Below are positions 18,892 through 29,500 of a DNA stretch of 38,667 nucleotides, piece after piece. The stretch comes from a virus (Duplodnaviria; Caudoviricetes), in the IMG/VR virus record IMGVR_UViG_3300033143_002750, positions 1-38,667 of that record; one strand, written 5' to 3'. The translations under genes were made by a program, and so were the position numbers. The notes under the pieces were generated by a model. It searched no databases, was not told the DNA's origin, and saw only the letters and a program-made list of their open reading frames with translations. Positions within the stretch are counted from its first letter, which is position 1, and each line of letters starts with the position of its first letter.

Positions 18892-20333
18892 TAGTTAAAA
18901 ATATTTTCGTTAGTTATAGTTGAATTATTTGGAGGGCCTGATGGACCGAATGCATTACCACCACTAAACTCACTAGGTGGAGTAACAGGATCAAACGCTT
19001 GAGTATTGCCTGCAATAGTTTGGTTAGGTTCATCGGCGGTACCTAATGGATTATCCCCAAGTCTTTGGCTAATATTTTCATTTTGACCAAATAGTTTTAA
19101 ACCATCTTCATTACCTTGAACTGCTGCACCAACTAAAGCATTACGTAAAGCCTGAGGGTTTCCTATACCACCTAAAGTAACTTGTGTCATATCAAACACA
19201 TTTCCTAATTGAACTGGATTTGCAAAACTAACAGCAGCTCTTCTACCTAAATCCAAAGCTCCATCAATAGCTTCATTTACCTGATCTTTTGCAAACGCTT
19301 TTACTTTACCAAAAAATTGATTATCTGTTTGTACTTTACTTGCATCTAATTTATTATCATAACCAGCAAACTGAGAAACATTTTCCATTAATGCATAAGT
19401 CCATTTAATTTCAGTAGTGGTTATTTCACCACCTGAATTAGTTACACCTTCAAATACTTTTCCAGATGCTCTAGGATCCCATTCACAATCAGTAAATTTA
19501 AAACCTACTTGTGATGCGTTTTGATTTACATAAGAATCAGAAGAATTTGTAGTACTAGGGTTTGTTGCCTGTAACCAATTTCTTGTGGTTTTAAATTTTC
19601 TTATTTCTTGAACATAAACATATACATCAAACTTCATTAAATTTTTAGGCAAAATAAATCGCTTGTACATACTATCATACACAGCCATTTTATATAAACT
19701 AAATAATGCAGTTAATTTTAAATCTATTGCTTCTAAACATCCTATAGTAATACCTTCTTCACCGCTACTTCCAGTATAAGGATCAATTGAAAAGTCTGTA
19801 GATTTTTGCCAAGCCTCTTGTATTCCTGCTATGGTTTGAAAATAATAAGGTCTTGTATTGTTAATTTCTTGTATGCCTTGAATAAATGCTTTTAGATATT
19901 TAGCTCGATTTACTTCACCTATGGCTTCTAGGTAACCAATAGCAGATGCACCGCTTGGTGTATTTAAATCTCCACCAGGTTTTTCTTTTGAAGTTTTATT
20001 AAATAATTGACCCGCAGCAGCTATACCTTGATTAACAGTATTCTCAACTGTAAATTCTCCATCGTTTATACCAGATCCAGGTCCTGATGTGGCGCCATTA
20101 AATAATGGTGATGATATATCAAACATTAAACTGAAGCCAAGATAAGTAGGATCATCTAATGAGGTTACTCCGTTAGCACCTGACCCATATGCAGATTTTG
20201 AATTATTAACAAATCTTTTAGCAAATTCATAACTGCTCGGGAAAGATGACCCACCCAAAAGGTTTCCGTAAGGTCCAGCTAACTGAGATACTCCGTTAAT
20301 TCCTGCAGGGCTAGTTAAATCTACTAAAGGCAT
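18891..20333 (-). CDS. Putative tail/baseplate structural protein (possible tube-fold)
   Basis: 480 aa between hub-like and gp5 genes; TAATG coupling to gp5; late motif at 20350-20357. Confidence 0.5.
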   Translation of the reverse strand: MPLVDLTSPAGINGVSQLAGPYGNLLGGSSFPSSYEFAKRFVNNSKSAYGSGANGVTSLDDPTYLGFSLMFDISSPLFNGATSGPGSGINDGEFTVENTVNQGIAAAGQLFNKTSKEKPGGDLNTPSGASAIGYLEAIGEVNRAKYLKAFIQGIQEINNTRPYYFQTIAGIQEAWQKSTDFSIDPYTGSSGEEGITIGCLEAIDLKLTALFSLYKMAVYDSMYKRFILPKNLMKFDVYVYVQEIRKFKTTRNWLQATNPSTTNSSDSYVNQNASQVGFKFTDCEWDPRASGKVFEGVTNSGGEITTTEIKWTYALMENVSQFAGYDNKLDASKVQTDNQFFGKVKAFAKDQVNEAIDGALDLGRRAAVSFANPVQLGNVFDMTQVTLGGIGNPQALRNALVGAAVQGNEDGLKLFGQNENISQRLGDNPLGTADEPNQTIAGNTQAFDPVTPPSEFSGGNAFGPSGPPNNSTITNENIFN

Positions 20334-20355
20334 ATTTTTATTGTTTTTATATTTA

Positions 20356-21840
20356 TTAAGTCGTTGGAGTGTATTCCCTACGCTGTAATTGTAATCTCAT
20401 TCTTAGTGGCCCTGGTTGTGTTAACAAATATTCAATACCAGTTATAACATAAAAGCCACTTAAATATTCATTAAGAATTCCACTGCCTGGACCTTTAGGT
20501 TCATCTTCATCTGACCTTTCTCTATCTTGTGGAGCTGGGTCGCCTGTTTGAGCTACACCATCTCGCTGTTCAGTTAATACAGTTTTAACTGGAGATCCAT
20601 ATTCAAAAATCAAAAGATAAATTCTACTATATCTAGTTAAAGCAGGATTTACAGTATCTAATTCTACTTCCATTCCCATTTTTTCTATTTCAGAATTATT
20701 TTGATAATTTTGAACTACAGCATATTGAAATTCAGGGTGGACATTATCGCCTTGTGTACCTAAATATTTGTATTTAACTTGACTATTTCTAGGGCCTTCT
20801 GGTTCACCGTTTATTACTCTACCTTTTGTTGCTGGTATTGTACCTTCAGTACCATTAGTAAGAGGATCCACAAATTCACTAATCCATTGCTTTGCTTCTA
20901 AATCCCAATACTGAGTATATCTTTTATATCCATTTGCTTTACTTATTTCTCCACTCTTATTAGTAGGTTTATATTTAGATAGATATCTTGCACCACCTTG
21001 CATTTGGATTAAATTAGATAATAGGTTAGGAAACGGAGTTTCACCGGTTGCACCATCTGCTCCATAAGTATCAGATGCATTTGTACTAAAACTTTGGCTT
21101 ACTTCTAACTCAGACTTATCTTGATCAAATAATCTATTAACGTCTACCATTGTTAAGTAATAATATGGATCAATGTAGCTTGTAAAAAATGTTTCGTCAC
21201 TTAAATAACTATTTGCAACTATGTCTTGTATCCAAGTTTCAGTTGTGTCATTAGGATTAGTCCATGTCATTTGATCTGCTGTATCTTCAACATTAGAAGC
21301 ATAACCTATTTTTAATCTTTCTGCTATATTTGATAATGCATCCCAGCTTGTAACATTTTCTTCATATTCAACCTTTTCAGTAAATAAATCAGGAATAAAC
21401 ATTCTACCAAATATGTTATATTCTTTAGCGGTCATTCCACCACCTCCACCAGCTGGAGAACAATCAATAATAGTAAAATCAATTCTTATAGGCTTAAATG
21501 TAGTTTCTTCACCTTGTGACCTAATGTAAAGTTGAATTATATCTCCATCTTTAGGATAATTTCTTGCAGTAAAAAGTCCATCAGTATCAGCAAATCTAAC
21601 TGTTAATGTTGGATAAAACCCAGTAGATTCTAAAGAAAAATATTTAAGCCTATCCATTTGAACTTGGTATTGATTAATTACAATCAAAGGAATGATAGAA
21701 GAAAATTTAGATAATTTTTCTTTCATAGTTACACCGTCAGAATTATCTGTACCACTTTCAGCATCAGGTATAAATAACTCATCTAGTTCAATAGTAGGTT
21801 CTATTATTGTTAATATGTTTCTTTCAATCTGTGTAGACAT
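20356..21840 (-). CDS. Baseplate hub protein, gp27/gpD-like
   Basis: 494 aa; C-terminal YLSGFYVITGIEYLL...MRLQLQRRE is the typical hub ending; position between gp53-like and gp5 genes. Confidence 0.65.
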   Translation of the reverse strand: MSTQIERNILTIIEPTIELDELFIPDAESGTDNSDGVTMKEKLSKFSSIIPLIVINQYQVQMDRLKYFSLESTGFYPTLTVRFADTDGLFTARNYPKDGDIIQLYIRSQGEETTFKPIRIDFTIIDCSPAGGGGGMTAKEYNIFGRMFIPDLFTEKVEYEENVTSWDALSNIAERLKIGYASNVEDTADQMTWTNPNDTTETWIQDIVANSYLSDETFFTSYIDPYYYLTMVDVNRLFDQDKSELEVSQSFSTNASDTYGADGATGETPFPNLLSNLIQMQGGARYLSKYKPTNKSGEISKANGYKRYTQYWDLEAKQWISEFVDPLTNGTEGTIPATKGRVINGEPEGPRNSQVKYKYLGTQGDNVHPEFQYAVVQNYQNNSEIEKMGMEVELDTVNPALTRYSRIYLLIFEYGSPVKTVLTEQRDGVAQTGDPAPQDRERSDEDEPKGPGSGILNEYLSGFYVITGIEYLLTQPGPLRMRLQLQRREYTPTT

Positions 21841-21846
21841 ATCTTA

Positions 21847-22383
21847 TTAATTGTTTCTATTTCTAGTTGGTAAATTAGTTCCTAATTGAATATTTCCACC
21901 TTCATATGTCTTAGCGTCTTGTCCTTGCTGTAGCACGTTTGGTGGTAATGGAGTTTTAACTCCTGATTTTTTTGACTTAGCTTTTTGAGCTAACCTTTGT
22001 ATACGAGATTGATCTTCTACACTTTGAACACCAGTATCAACATAAGGCTTCATAACAGGATTAGGCCTAGATGCAGGGTTTGGTCTTTTATAAACCAAAT
22101 TAATTTCACTTAAATTAGGTATGACTAAAACATCACCTTCTTGTACTGAAAACGGATTAAAGATATTATTAACAATACATAATGCATCAACATATTCACC
22201 TGTTCCAAAATATCTTTCGCATATCTTATCAATTCTACCAGCCTCATCTTGCATAACATAATGTAAAGCCTTAAGACCAGCAGCTTTATCATATTTAAAA
22301 GAAGGAGCAGTTAAATCATAATACTGTTCACCTGTTCTTTCAATACTTAATAAGTTTTTTAAAGTTAATGATTTTATATCCAT
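21847..22383 (-). CDS. gp53: Baseplate wedge protein, gp53-like with LysM-type fold
   Basis: 178 aa; YVMQDEAGRIDKICERYFG...LCIVNNIFNPFSVQEGDVLVIP. Confidence 0.75.
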   Translation of the reverse strand: MDIKSLTLKNLLSIERTGEQYYDLTAPSFKYDKAAGLKALHYVMQDEAGRIDKICERYFGTGEYVDALCIVNNIFNPFSVQEGDVLVIPNLSEINLVYKRPNPASRPNPVMKPYVDTGVQSVEDQSRIQRLAQKAKSKKSGVKTPLPPNVLQQGQDAKTYEGGNIQLGTNLPTRNRNN

Positions 22384-22396
22384 CCTTAATTATTTT

Positions 22397-24247
22397 TTAT
22401 GAATCAATTAGCATACTAACAACACTAGAAACATATTCACCGCTAGTTGCCTCTGTTGCCGGGGATGCGCTTCCAGTTGTCTTTTTAAGATTTGAAATAT
22501 CTTTACTTTTAACCTGACCTGCAGTTGCACCTGACTGAGTTTTTTGAATACTACTAGTTCCTACATTTGGAATAGCACCATATACTTTTATTTCTTTTCC
22601 TGATAAATTTAATATATCTTCAGCCTTATTAGCAGATGCATATATTCTACCTTTACCTGCATTAAACATATTTTCTATATCTCCTTTATCCCTAGGCTTT
22701 CCGTGAGCCATATCTAATTCAAATTTTACCTCCATTGGAAAATCATCATAACCTAATCCTGCACCTAATGTCATATTAGCATTTTTACATATCATATTAC
22801 CCATCATTGCAATCGGATTCAATGGATTACCAATTGTTAAATGCCAATCACCAGTAGGCTCACCACTAATGAAAGCTTTGGTTGCACCAGTACCACTATT
22901 ACCACCAACTTGTCCGCCTAATAAATTACCTAATAAGCCACCTAGATAATTCTTGGCTGTTTCAATCCCACCGCTTATGATTGAATCAAAATCAAATCCA
23001 CCATCAGCATTACCAAATACACTTTTAAATCCACCTTCAATATCATTAACTACACTACCTGCATAACCAGAAAAATCACCTTGTCTTAATTTTGAAATAT
23101 CTCCAAACTGACTAGCTACAAAACCAGCAGATCCATAATACCTATGCCCACCACCAAAGAATGCTCCATTATTAGTTGTCATAGTTAACATATTACTAAT
23201 AATATCAATCATTGCTATTTTTGGATTAACATAAGCTAATGATTTTAATTCATATTCAAAATTTAGTTTAATATCATTAGTAAAGTTTATACCTCTATCT
23301 CTTACTTGAGTTGTATTAACAACATTAATAGGACCTAATACAAAGTTTGCGTAAGTACTACCAAGTCGATCTCCACTCTGTGATCCGTAACCTTGTTGCT
23401 TTCTAAACACATCACCTGAACCTTGCCCTTTAGCTTGATTAGCAATCGCTCTACCTATACCACCAATTTTATTATAAAAAGGTTGCTGAGTATATCCACC
23501 ATCTCCGCCGCCTTCAATTTTTTCCATTTCACCTTTCAGTTCCTTAAAGGTTAAACCAAATGACATATTCATAATGTCCTCTAATTTATTACCAGCAGTT
23601 TCACCCATATAAGTAATTGCAGTTACACCTGCTACTTGTGAAGTATCACCGACTACTATTGGATCTTCTGGTGGTGGTTTTTCACCATCTTTAACTTCTT
23701 GCTTAACTGCCTGTGATTCCGAAAACTTAAATATGTTATCTTTAACTGGCATAGGAAACCTTCTAAGAGTAATTAAATGATTAACTGGTATCTTCTTATA
23801 ATATTTAGAATATAAAAAATTAGAAGCAGTATATCCTATTTTTGGATGTGCTTCATTAAAGTAATTTATTATTTTCATGACAGTAGGTTTGTTACCTGCC
23901 TCTCCACCCATCAGTTTACCAGCGGCTCTTTCAGTATCCATGTAATTACCTTTAAATCCTTGGTCAGTTGCAAAATCTCCATACATTCCTTGGAAGTTAA
24001 ATAGTGCGTACTTATTAGCTATTGAACCTACGATTTTTTTACCTGACATACCTTTAGGGATGGTATCACCTGAAGCTTCTGCTGCATTATCAGCTGAATA
24101 AAAACTAGTTGCAACGGTATCAGCCAAAGATCTAGCAAAGCCTACACTCTCTCCACCAAATACGCCTAATATTTGATCATTATTTTTATTAGGCCCTGGA
24201 AAAATAGAGTCATTTAAGTCTCTTATCTTTTGTCCAAACTTTGCCAT
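22397..24247 (-). CDS. Putative baseplate-tail tube junction protein (gp48/gp54-like)
   Basis: 616 aa; NMICKNANMTLG...DDFPMEVKFELDM resembles tube-fold C-terminus; Gly-rich inserts; directly upstream of gp53-like gene; late motif at 24267-24274. Confidence 0.5.
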   Translation of the reverse strand: MAKFGQKIRDLNDSIFPGPNKNNDQILGVFGGESVGFARSLADTVATSFYSADNAAEASGDTIPKGMSGKKIVGSIANKYALFNFQGMYGDFATDQGFKGNYMDTERAAGKLMGGEAGNKPTVMKIINYFNEAHPKIGYTASNFLYSKYYKKIPVNHLITLRRFPMPVKDNIFKFSESQAVKQEVKDGEKPPPEDPIVVGDTSQVAGVTAITYMGETAGNKLEDIMNMSFGLTFKELKGEMEKIEGGGDGGYTQQPFYNKIGGIGRAIANQAKGQGSGDVFRKQQGYGSQSGDRLGSTYANFVLGPINVVNTTQVRDRGINFTNDIKLNFEYELKSLAYVNPKIAMIDIISNMLTMTTNNGAFFGGGHRYYGSAGFVASQFGDISKLRQGDFSGYAGSVVNDIEGGFKSVFGNADGGFDFDSIISGGIETAKNYLGGLLGNLLGGQVGGNSGTGATKAFISGEPTGDWHLTIGNPLNPIAMMGNMICKNANMTLGAGLGYDDFPMEVKFELDMAHGKPRDKGDIENMFNAGKGRIYASANKAEDILNLSGKEIKVYGAIPNVGTSSIQKTQSGATAGQVKSKDISNLKKTTGSASPATEATSGEYVSSVVSMLIDS

Positions 24248-24273
24248 AGTCGTATCTTATTTTTATTATATAT

Positions 24274-24837
24274 TTAACTTAAGCTTTTTAGATACTTAGT
24301 AATGTCTAAGTTATCTTTTTCAAATTTATCAGACCAGCCTTTTTTATACCTGGCGTCAAATTCGTTAGTGCTATCTAAAGATAAAGGTCCTCTGAAAAAA
24401 GGTCTTGCTGATATCTCTTTAATTTCCTTTAGGTTTTTTGATATCATATAAAACTGAACCTTTTCAAATAATTCAGATAATCCAACTTTAGTCTTTTTGC
24501 ACATTACAGATTCAACTATGACATAAAACCTTTCTCTATCTTTTTCATTTAACCTTTCTTCTAATACCTTTGCAGTTTTATAATCCTCTGCTTTAAGTAT
24601 CATTTTTCTTGCTCGGTTTTCAAACACGTGCCTGAAGTTCATATCAAAGAAATGCTTTTTTAGAAATTTCATACTATCATAAAACTTAATAATACGAATT
24701 TGATAAAGAGGATTAACAGGATCCCATTTAGAGTCTATAATTTTACCCTTAACTGGTAAAAGTATATTAGGGTTGGTGTGTGATGCTAATAAGCAATAGA
24801 CGTTTTGTCCTTTGTTAAATATCCTATGAGTTTTCAT
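24274..24837 (-). CDS. Hypothetical basic protein
   Basis: 187-aa ORF, ATGA overlap with upstream gene. Confidence 0.7.
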   Translation of the reverse strand: MKTHRIFNKGQNVYCLLASHTNPNILLPVKGKIIDSKWDPVNPLYQIRIIKFYDSMKFLKKHFFDMNFRHVFENRARKMILKAEDYKTAKVLEERLNEKDRERFYVIVESVMCKKTKVGLSELFEKVQFYMISKNLKEIKEISARPFFRGPLSLDSTNEFDARYKKGWSDKFEKDNLDITKYLKSLS

Positions 24838-25226
24838 TCAAATTCTATTATGTCATCAAATAGCTCAGCTGTGCCGTTGACCATAATATCAGGTGAATGA
24901 TAAATTTTATAAGTTATAGGTTTAGATGATAATGATTCTACGTACTCCTGTATTCCTCCAACCGTTTCTTTGTTAAGATTACCTAAAACATAAAATATCG
25001 TTGTAGATATATTACGGTTAATTGCATTTTGTAATTGCCTCATTAAGTAAGATGATACTACGGCATCAGATGGCTCAAATTGATAAAAATCATTTTTTGT
25101 AAGCTTATTAAATATATCCATATAATTTATACACTCTATACTTCTAGGTACATTACCTAAAAATGTTTTGACACGCAATGCATCATTAGAGTATATGAAA
25201 TTAAATTCTATATGTTCTTCTTCCAT
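24834..25226 (-). CDS. Hypothetical protein
   Basis: 130-aa ORF overlapping neighbours by 4 and 19 nt. Confidence 0.7.
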   Translation of the reverse strand: MEEEHIEFNFIYSNDALRVKTFLGNVPRSIECINYMDIFNKLTKNDFYQFEPSDAVVSSYLMRQLQNAINRNISTTIFYVLGNLNKETVGGIQEYVESLSSKPITYKIYHSPDIMVNGTAELFDDIIEFE

Positions 25227-25540
25227 TCTTCTAGTTCCTTAAGCTCACTCTTAAGAGATTTAATTTTAAATTCGATATCTTTAGCTGTTGGTTCAAAGTG
25301 AGTTCCCCAGCGTGTATTAATATCTAATACATCTTTATCAAATTTACTACCTGGCTCTAACCCAAGGTCATCGCACAAATCAAAAAAGAATCTTTTTATA
25401 TAACTAAATTGATTCCTGTCATTTTCATTTGATTCATAAACATCAGTTGAAGTAAAATGTTCCCTACCTCCACCATGATTATCATCTATGACTTTTTTGA
25501 TTACGCCATTTCTGGCAGATTCTAAAACTATCTTAATCAT
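25208..25540 (-). CDS. Hypothetical protein with C-terminal coiled coil
   Basis: 110-aa ORF starting immediately after the upstream TAG. Confidence 0.7.
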   Translation of the reverse strand: MIKIVLESARNGVIKKVIDDNHGGGREHFTSTDVYESNENDRNQFSYIKRFFFDLCDDLGLEPGSKFDKDVLDINTRWGTHFEPTAKDIEFKIKSLKSELKELEEWKKNI

Positions 25541-26455
25541 CTATGATCTTTCTTGTAATTTTAATCTTAGTTCTTTTAATGTTTTTCTTGCAACTTTTTT
25601 ATCAGTATGCCAAGTAGATTTATCTTTAACCATTGTCATAGCAAACACTTCTCTTAATTGCTCAATCTCTTTATCAGTATATCCCTCTTCTTTCCACTGA
25701 GACATTTTAATAGATTCTAATTCTTCTAATTTTGCTGATAGCGCTTGGTCTGCATTCTCTAAATTTGCAGTATGAATTTCATTTCCTTTTTCTCTAGTCT
25801 TTTTACAAACTTCAAGCCAATCTTTTAATGATAATTTACTTTTCATTTTTAAAATTCCTTGGTGTTTCATAGCCGCTCTTCTTTGGCGACGATTAGGTAT
25901 AGTTTGATTTGCAGTCTCGCTCATATGATTAATTTTATTATATATTACTAATGATTGTATACTATTATATAAACAGTCTAATATTTCATCTTCAGATAAT
26001 TGATCGTTAATAAATGATTGCAATACATCATTAACTTCATTTCTATCAAAAGAAGTACTCATTAATTCGTAAACGGCTTTTTGTGGAATGTTTACTGGAA
26101 ATTCTAAAAGAAGTTTTACTTTGTTGTTTTTCTTTTGTTTATCAAATAAAACTCTAATAGGGTTTGGTGTAGCATCTAAAGCAGGAATTGAAACCTCAGT
26201 TGGTAGCTTTTGTGCTGCTGATACATTTAACGGATCTGTTTCAGTAGATGTAGGGTTTACAAACTCACCAGCTATATCTTCATCTAATAGTTGAATAAAT
26301 TCATCCTGTAAATCTTTTGCTAATCTACCACCTTCATTAAAGTTTATCCACTTATCATCAGTATCTTTAATAGTAACTACATCACCAGATTTTTCTCCTT
26401 TAATCCATTGATAGTACACCTTCTCTTGTACTTTCTCGGTTTTATCTTTTTGCAT
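25541..26455 (-). CDS. Hypothetical ORF, probably two genes read as one (about 26455-25945 and 25924-25541)
   Basis: Internal late motif (25939-25946), AT-only linker VIYNKINH, in-frame ATG at 25924, abrupt shift from acidic to basic composition. Confidence 0.6.
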   Translation of the reverse strand: MQKDKTEKVQEKVYYQWIKGEKSGDVVTIKDTDDKWINFNEGGRLAKDLQDEFIQLLDEDIAGEFVNPTSTETDPLNVSAAQKLPTEVSIPALDATPNPIRVLFDKQKKNNKVKLLLEFPVNIPQKAVYELMSTSFDRNEVNDVLQSFINDQLSEDEILDCLYNSIQSLVIYNKINHMSETANQTIPNRRQRRAAMKHQGILKMKSKLSLKDWLEVCKKTREKGNEIHTANLENADQALSAKLEELESIKMSQWKEEGYTDKEIEQLREVFAMTMVKDKSTWHTDKKVARKTLKELRLKLQERS

Positions 26456-26471
26456 TTGTTGTCTATTTATT

Positions 26472-26500
26472 ATTATACTTTAAATATAATAATTGTTTAA
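26472..26500 (-). promoter_or_regulatory. Candidate early/middle promoter TTAAAC-N17-TATAAT
   Basis: Identical hexamers and spacing also at 36551-36579. Confidence 0.5.
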
Positions 26501-26506
26501 GATCTA

Positions 26507-29500
26507 TTAATTGTAAACATATTCTATTCGATACTTAATCGACCAAGGTTTATCAGAAGACAATGTAATACCAGTACCTCCAGTATCAACAACTTCAAAG
26601 GCAAATCCTAATTTATAGAACTCCTCACGAGTCAATGTGAGAGTAGCTGTATCTAAAATAAAACTCCATGCATATTCTCCGAATGGTCCAGGAACTGTAT
26701 TAGGTGATATCTGATATGTTTGAGCGTCCATAATTGTACCAGTAGGTTGATCTGTTGGTGTTGCAGGACCAGCAGTATTAGGAACTATATCAAATTTCTT
26801 AATTGCTATTCTAACTCTTCCTAGATAAGTAGGGTTTGATACTTGCTCTTGTAAGTATGCCATTCCAGTTACTCTTATAAATCCTCCAGTTAAATCATCA
26901 GCTGGTGTTGTGTTACCAATAAATGCAGCATCAATTAAATCTTCAGTATCAAAGGTATCTGTTTGAGCCGTCTGCATTTCATAGTATTTTTGAGTCGTTG
27001 CATCCGGTGAACCCCAGTTAGGAGCAAGACCACCTACTGCGTATTTACCACTGATAAAACTTCCATTCCAATCAGGTGCTCCAGTTCTATATCCTGAAAA
27101 CCTATTCATCAATTGTACTGGGGCAGTTGCAGAGCCCGCCGGACCTGTAGCTCCAGTTGCTCCAGGATTACCTTGTGAACCTTGATTACCTATGGCACCT
27201 TTATAACCATTCATACCCCAACCAAATACTGGTTGTGTATATGTTAAAATACCAGCACCACCTATATAAGTACCTTTCGTTAATTCTATACCACCATTAA
27301 CTCCATTTGTAGTACTAATATTATTAGGAGCGAATGAATAATAATTTACTTTATCAGGATCTCCGTATTCCCATACTCTAACGAATGCAGTATTGTCAGA
27401 TGCCGTTATTGTCGCAGTCCATGCAGAGTATACCGTATTACTATTTTGATAATCGATAGGATTACCAGATTGAGGGTCATTACCTGTAGCACTTAAATAC
27501 ATATTGACCTGACCGGCAGCAGGTTTCCAATTAGGTCCATCAATGTTTGCATCATTTGCACTAAAACTTCCAGTGTTAACATTGGCAGAAGTATATATTG
27601 TAAGGAATCCACCATAATCTCCTCGTGTACCTGTTGCACCTTGTTGACCTTGAATCCCAGCTCCCGTTGCACCTGTTGCTCCAGTAGCTCCTAAAGTTAT
27701 ACCAGTAGATCCTTGGACTCCTACTGCACCTTGATTACCAACAACTCCCGTTGCACCCTGCGCTCCTGTACTTCCTTGTACACCGAGTGGTCCTTGATCT
27801 CCAACTTTACCTTGAGCACCTGTTGCACCTTGTTCACCAATAACACCTTGAGAACCAGTTGCACCTTGTTCACCAACGGCACCTTGAGTTCCTGTTGCAC
27901 CTTGTTCACCAACGGCACCTTGTTCACCATTGGCTCCCTGGGCTCCTGTAGCGCCTTGTTCACCAACTGCTCCTTGATTACCTATAGCACCTGTTGCGCC
28001 TTGAGAACCAGTATCTCCTTGAGAACCAGTTGCTCCTTGTTGACCGACAGCACCAGTTGCGCCTTGAGAACCAGTATCTCCCTGAGAACCAGTTGCTCCT
28101 TGTTCACCAACAGCTCCTTGATTACCAATGGCACCTGTTGCACCTTGACTTCCAGTTGCACCTTGATTACCTACAGCGCCTTGTAATCCAGTTGCTCCTT
28201 GTTGCCCAGTTAAACCGCTTGCACCTTGTCCACCAATTGCACCTGTTGCTCCTTGGAAACCTGTTGCACCTTGTTCACCTGCTGCTCCTTGTTCACCGGC
28301 TTTACCTTGAATACCTGTTGCTCCTTGTTGACCAATTTTACCTTGAGTACCTGTTGCTCCCTGTTGACCGAGTGGTCCTTGATCTCCAACTGCGCCTGTA
28401 GCTCCTTGGAAACCAGTTGCACCAGTTGCACCAAGTAAACCACTTGCTCCTTGTTGGCCTATAGCACCCTGTTCACCAACTGCTCCTTGATTACCTATAG
28501 CACCTGTTGCGCCTTGAGAACCAGTATCTCCTTGAGAACCAGTTGCTCCTTGTTGACCGATTGCACCAGTTGCACCAGTTGCACCAAGTAAACCACTTGC
28601 TCCTTGTTGACCAATAGCACCAGTTGCTCCTTGAGATCCAGTAGCACCTTGTTGACCTATAGCACCAGTTCCACCTTGTTGACCAATTAAACCAGTTGCA
28701 CCTGTTGAACCAATCGCACCAGTAGCTCCTTGACTTCCTGTTGCTCCTTGTTGACCGACGACACCAGTTGCTCCTTGTTGACCGACGACACCTGTTGCAC
28801 CAGTTGATCCGAGTAAACCACTTGCTCCCTGTTGGCCTATTGCACCGGTTGCTCCTTGTTCGCCTATTGCACCAGTTGCACCAGTTGATCCGAGTAAACC
28901 ACTTGCTCCTTGTTGACCTATTGCACCGGTTGCTCCTTGTTCGCCAACTGCTCCTGTAGCTCCTTGAGAGCCAGTAGCACCTTGTTGACCTATTGCACCG
29001 GTTGCTCCTTGTTCGCCTATTGCACCAGTTGCACCAGTTGATCCAAGTAAACCACTTGCTCCCTGTTGACCGACGGCACCAGTTGCTCCTTGTTGACCGA
29101 CGGCACCTGTTGCACCTTGTTGGCCAGTTAAACCACTTGCTCCTTGTTGACCTACAGCACCTGTTGCTCCTTGGAAACCAGTTGCACCAGTTGATCCAAG
29201 TAAACCACTTGCTCCTTGTTGACCTATTGCACCTGTTCCACCCTGTTGGCCAATTGCACCAGTTGCACCAGTTGATCCAAGTAAACCACTTGCTCCTTGT
29301 TGACCGACGGCACCAGTTGCACCTTGTTGACCTATAGCTCCAGTTGCTCCTTGTTGTCCTACAGCTCCAGTTGCTCCTTGGCTTCCTGTTGATCCTTGCA
29401 TTCCTGTTGCTCCACTTGCACCTGCACCTGTTGCTCCAATAAATCCAGTTGCTCCAATACCAGTTGCTCCTTGTTGTCCTACAGCTCCAGTTGCACCTTG

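Noticed and set aside
25208-25543. TAG-to-Gln recoding as in some large phages (TAG directly followed by in-frame ATG at 25541; tRNA-Gln present)
   Set aside because: Very long ORFs are intact under code 11, coding density is high, and the tRNA anticodon is TTG, not CTA
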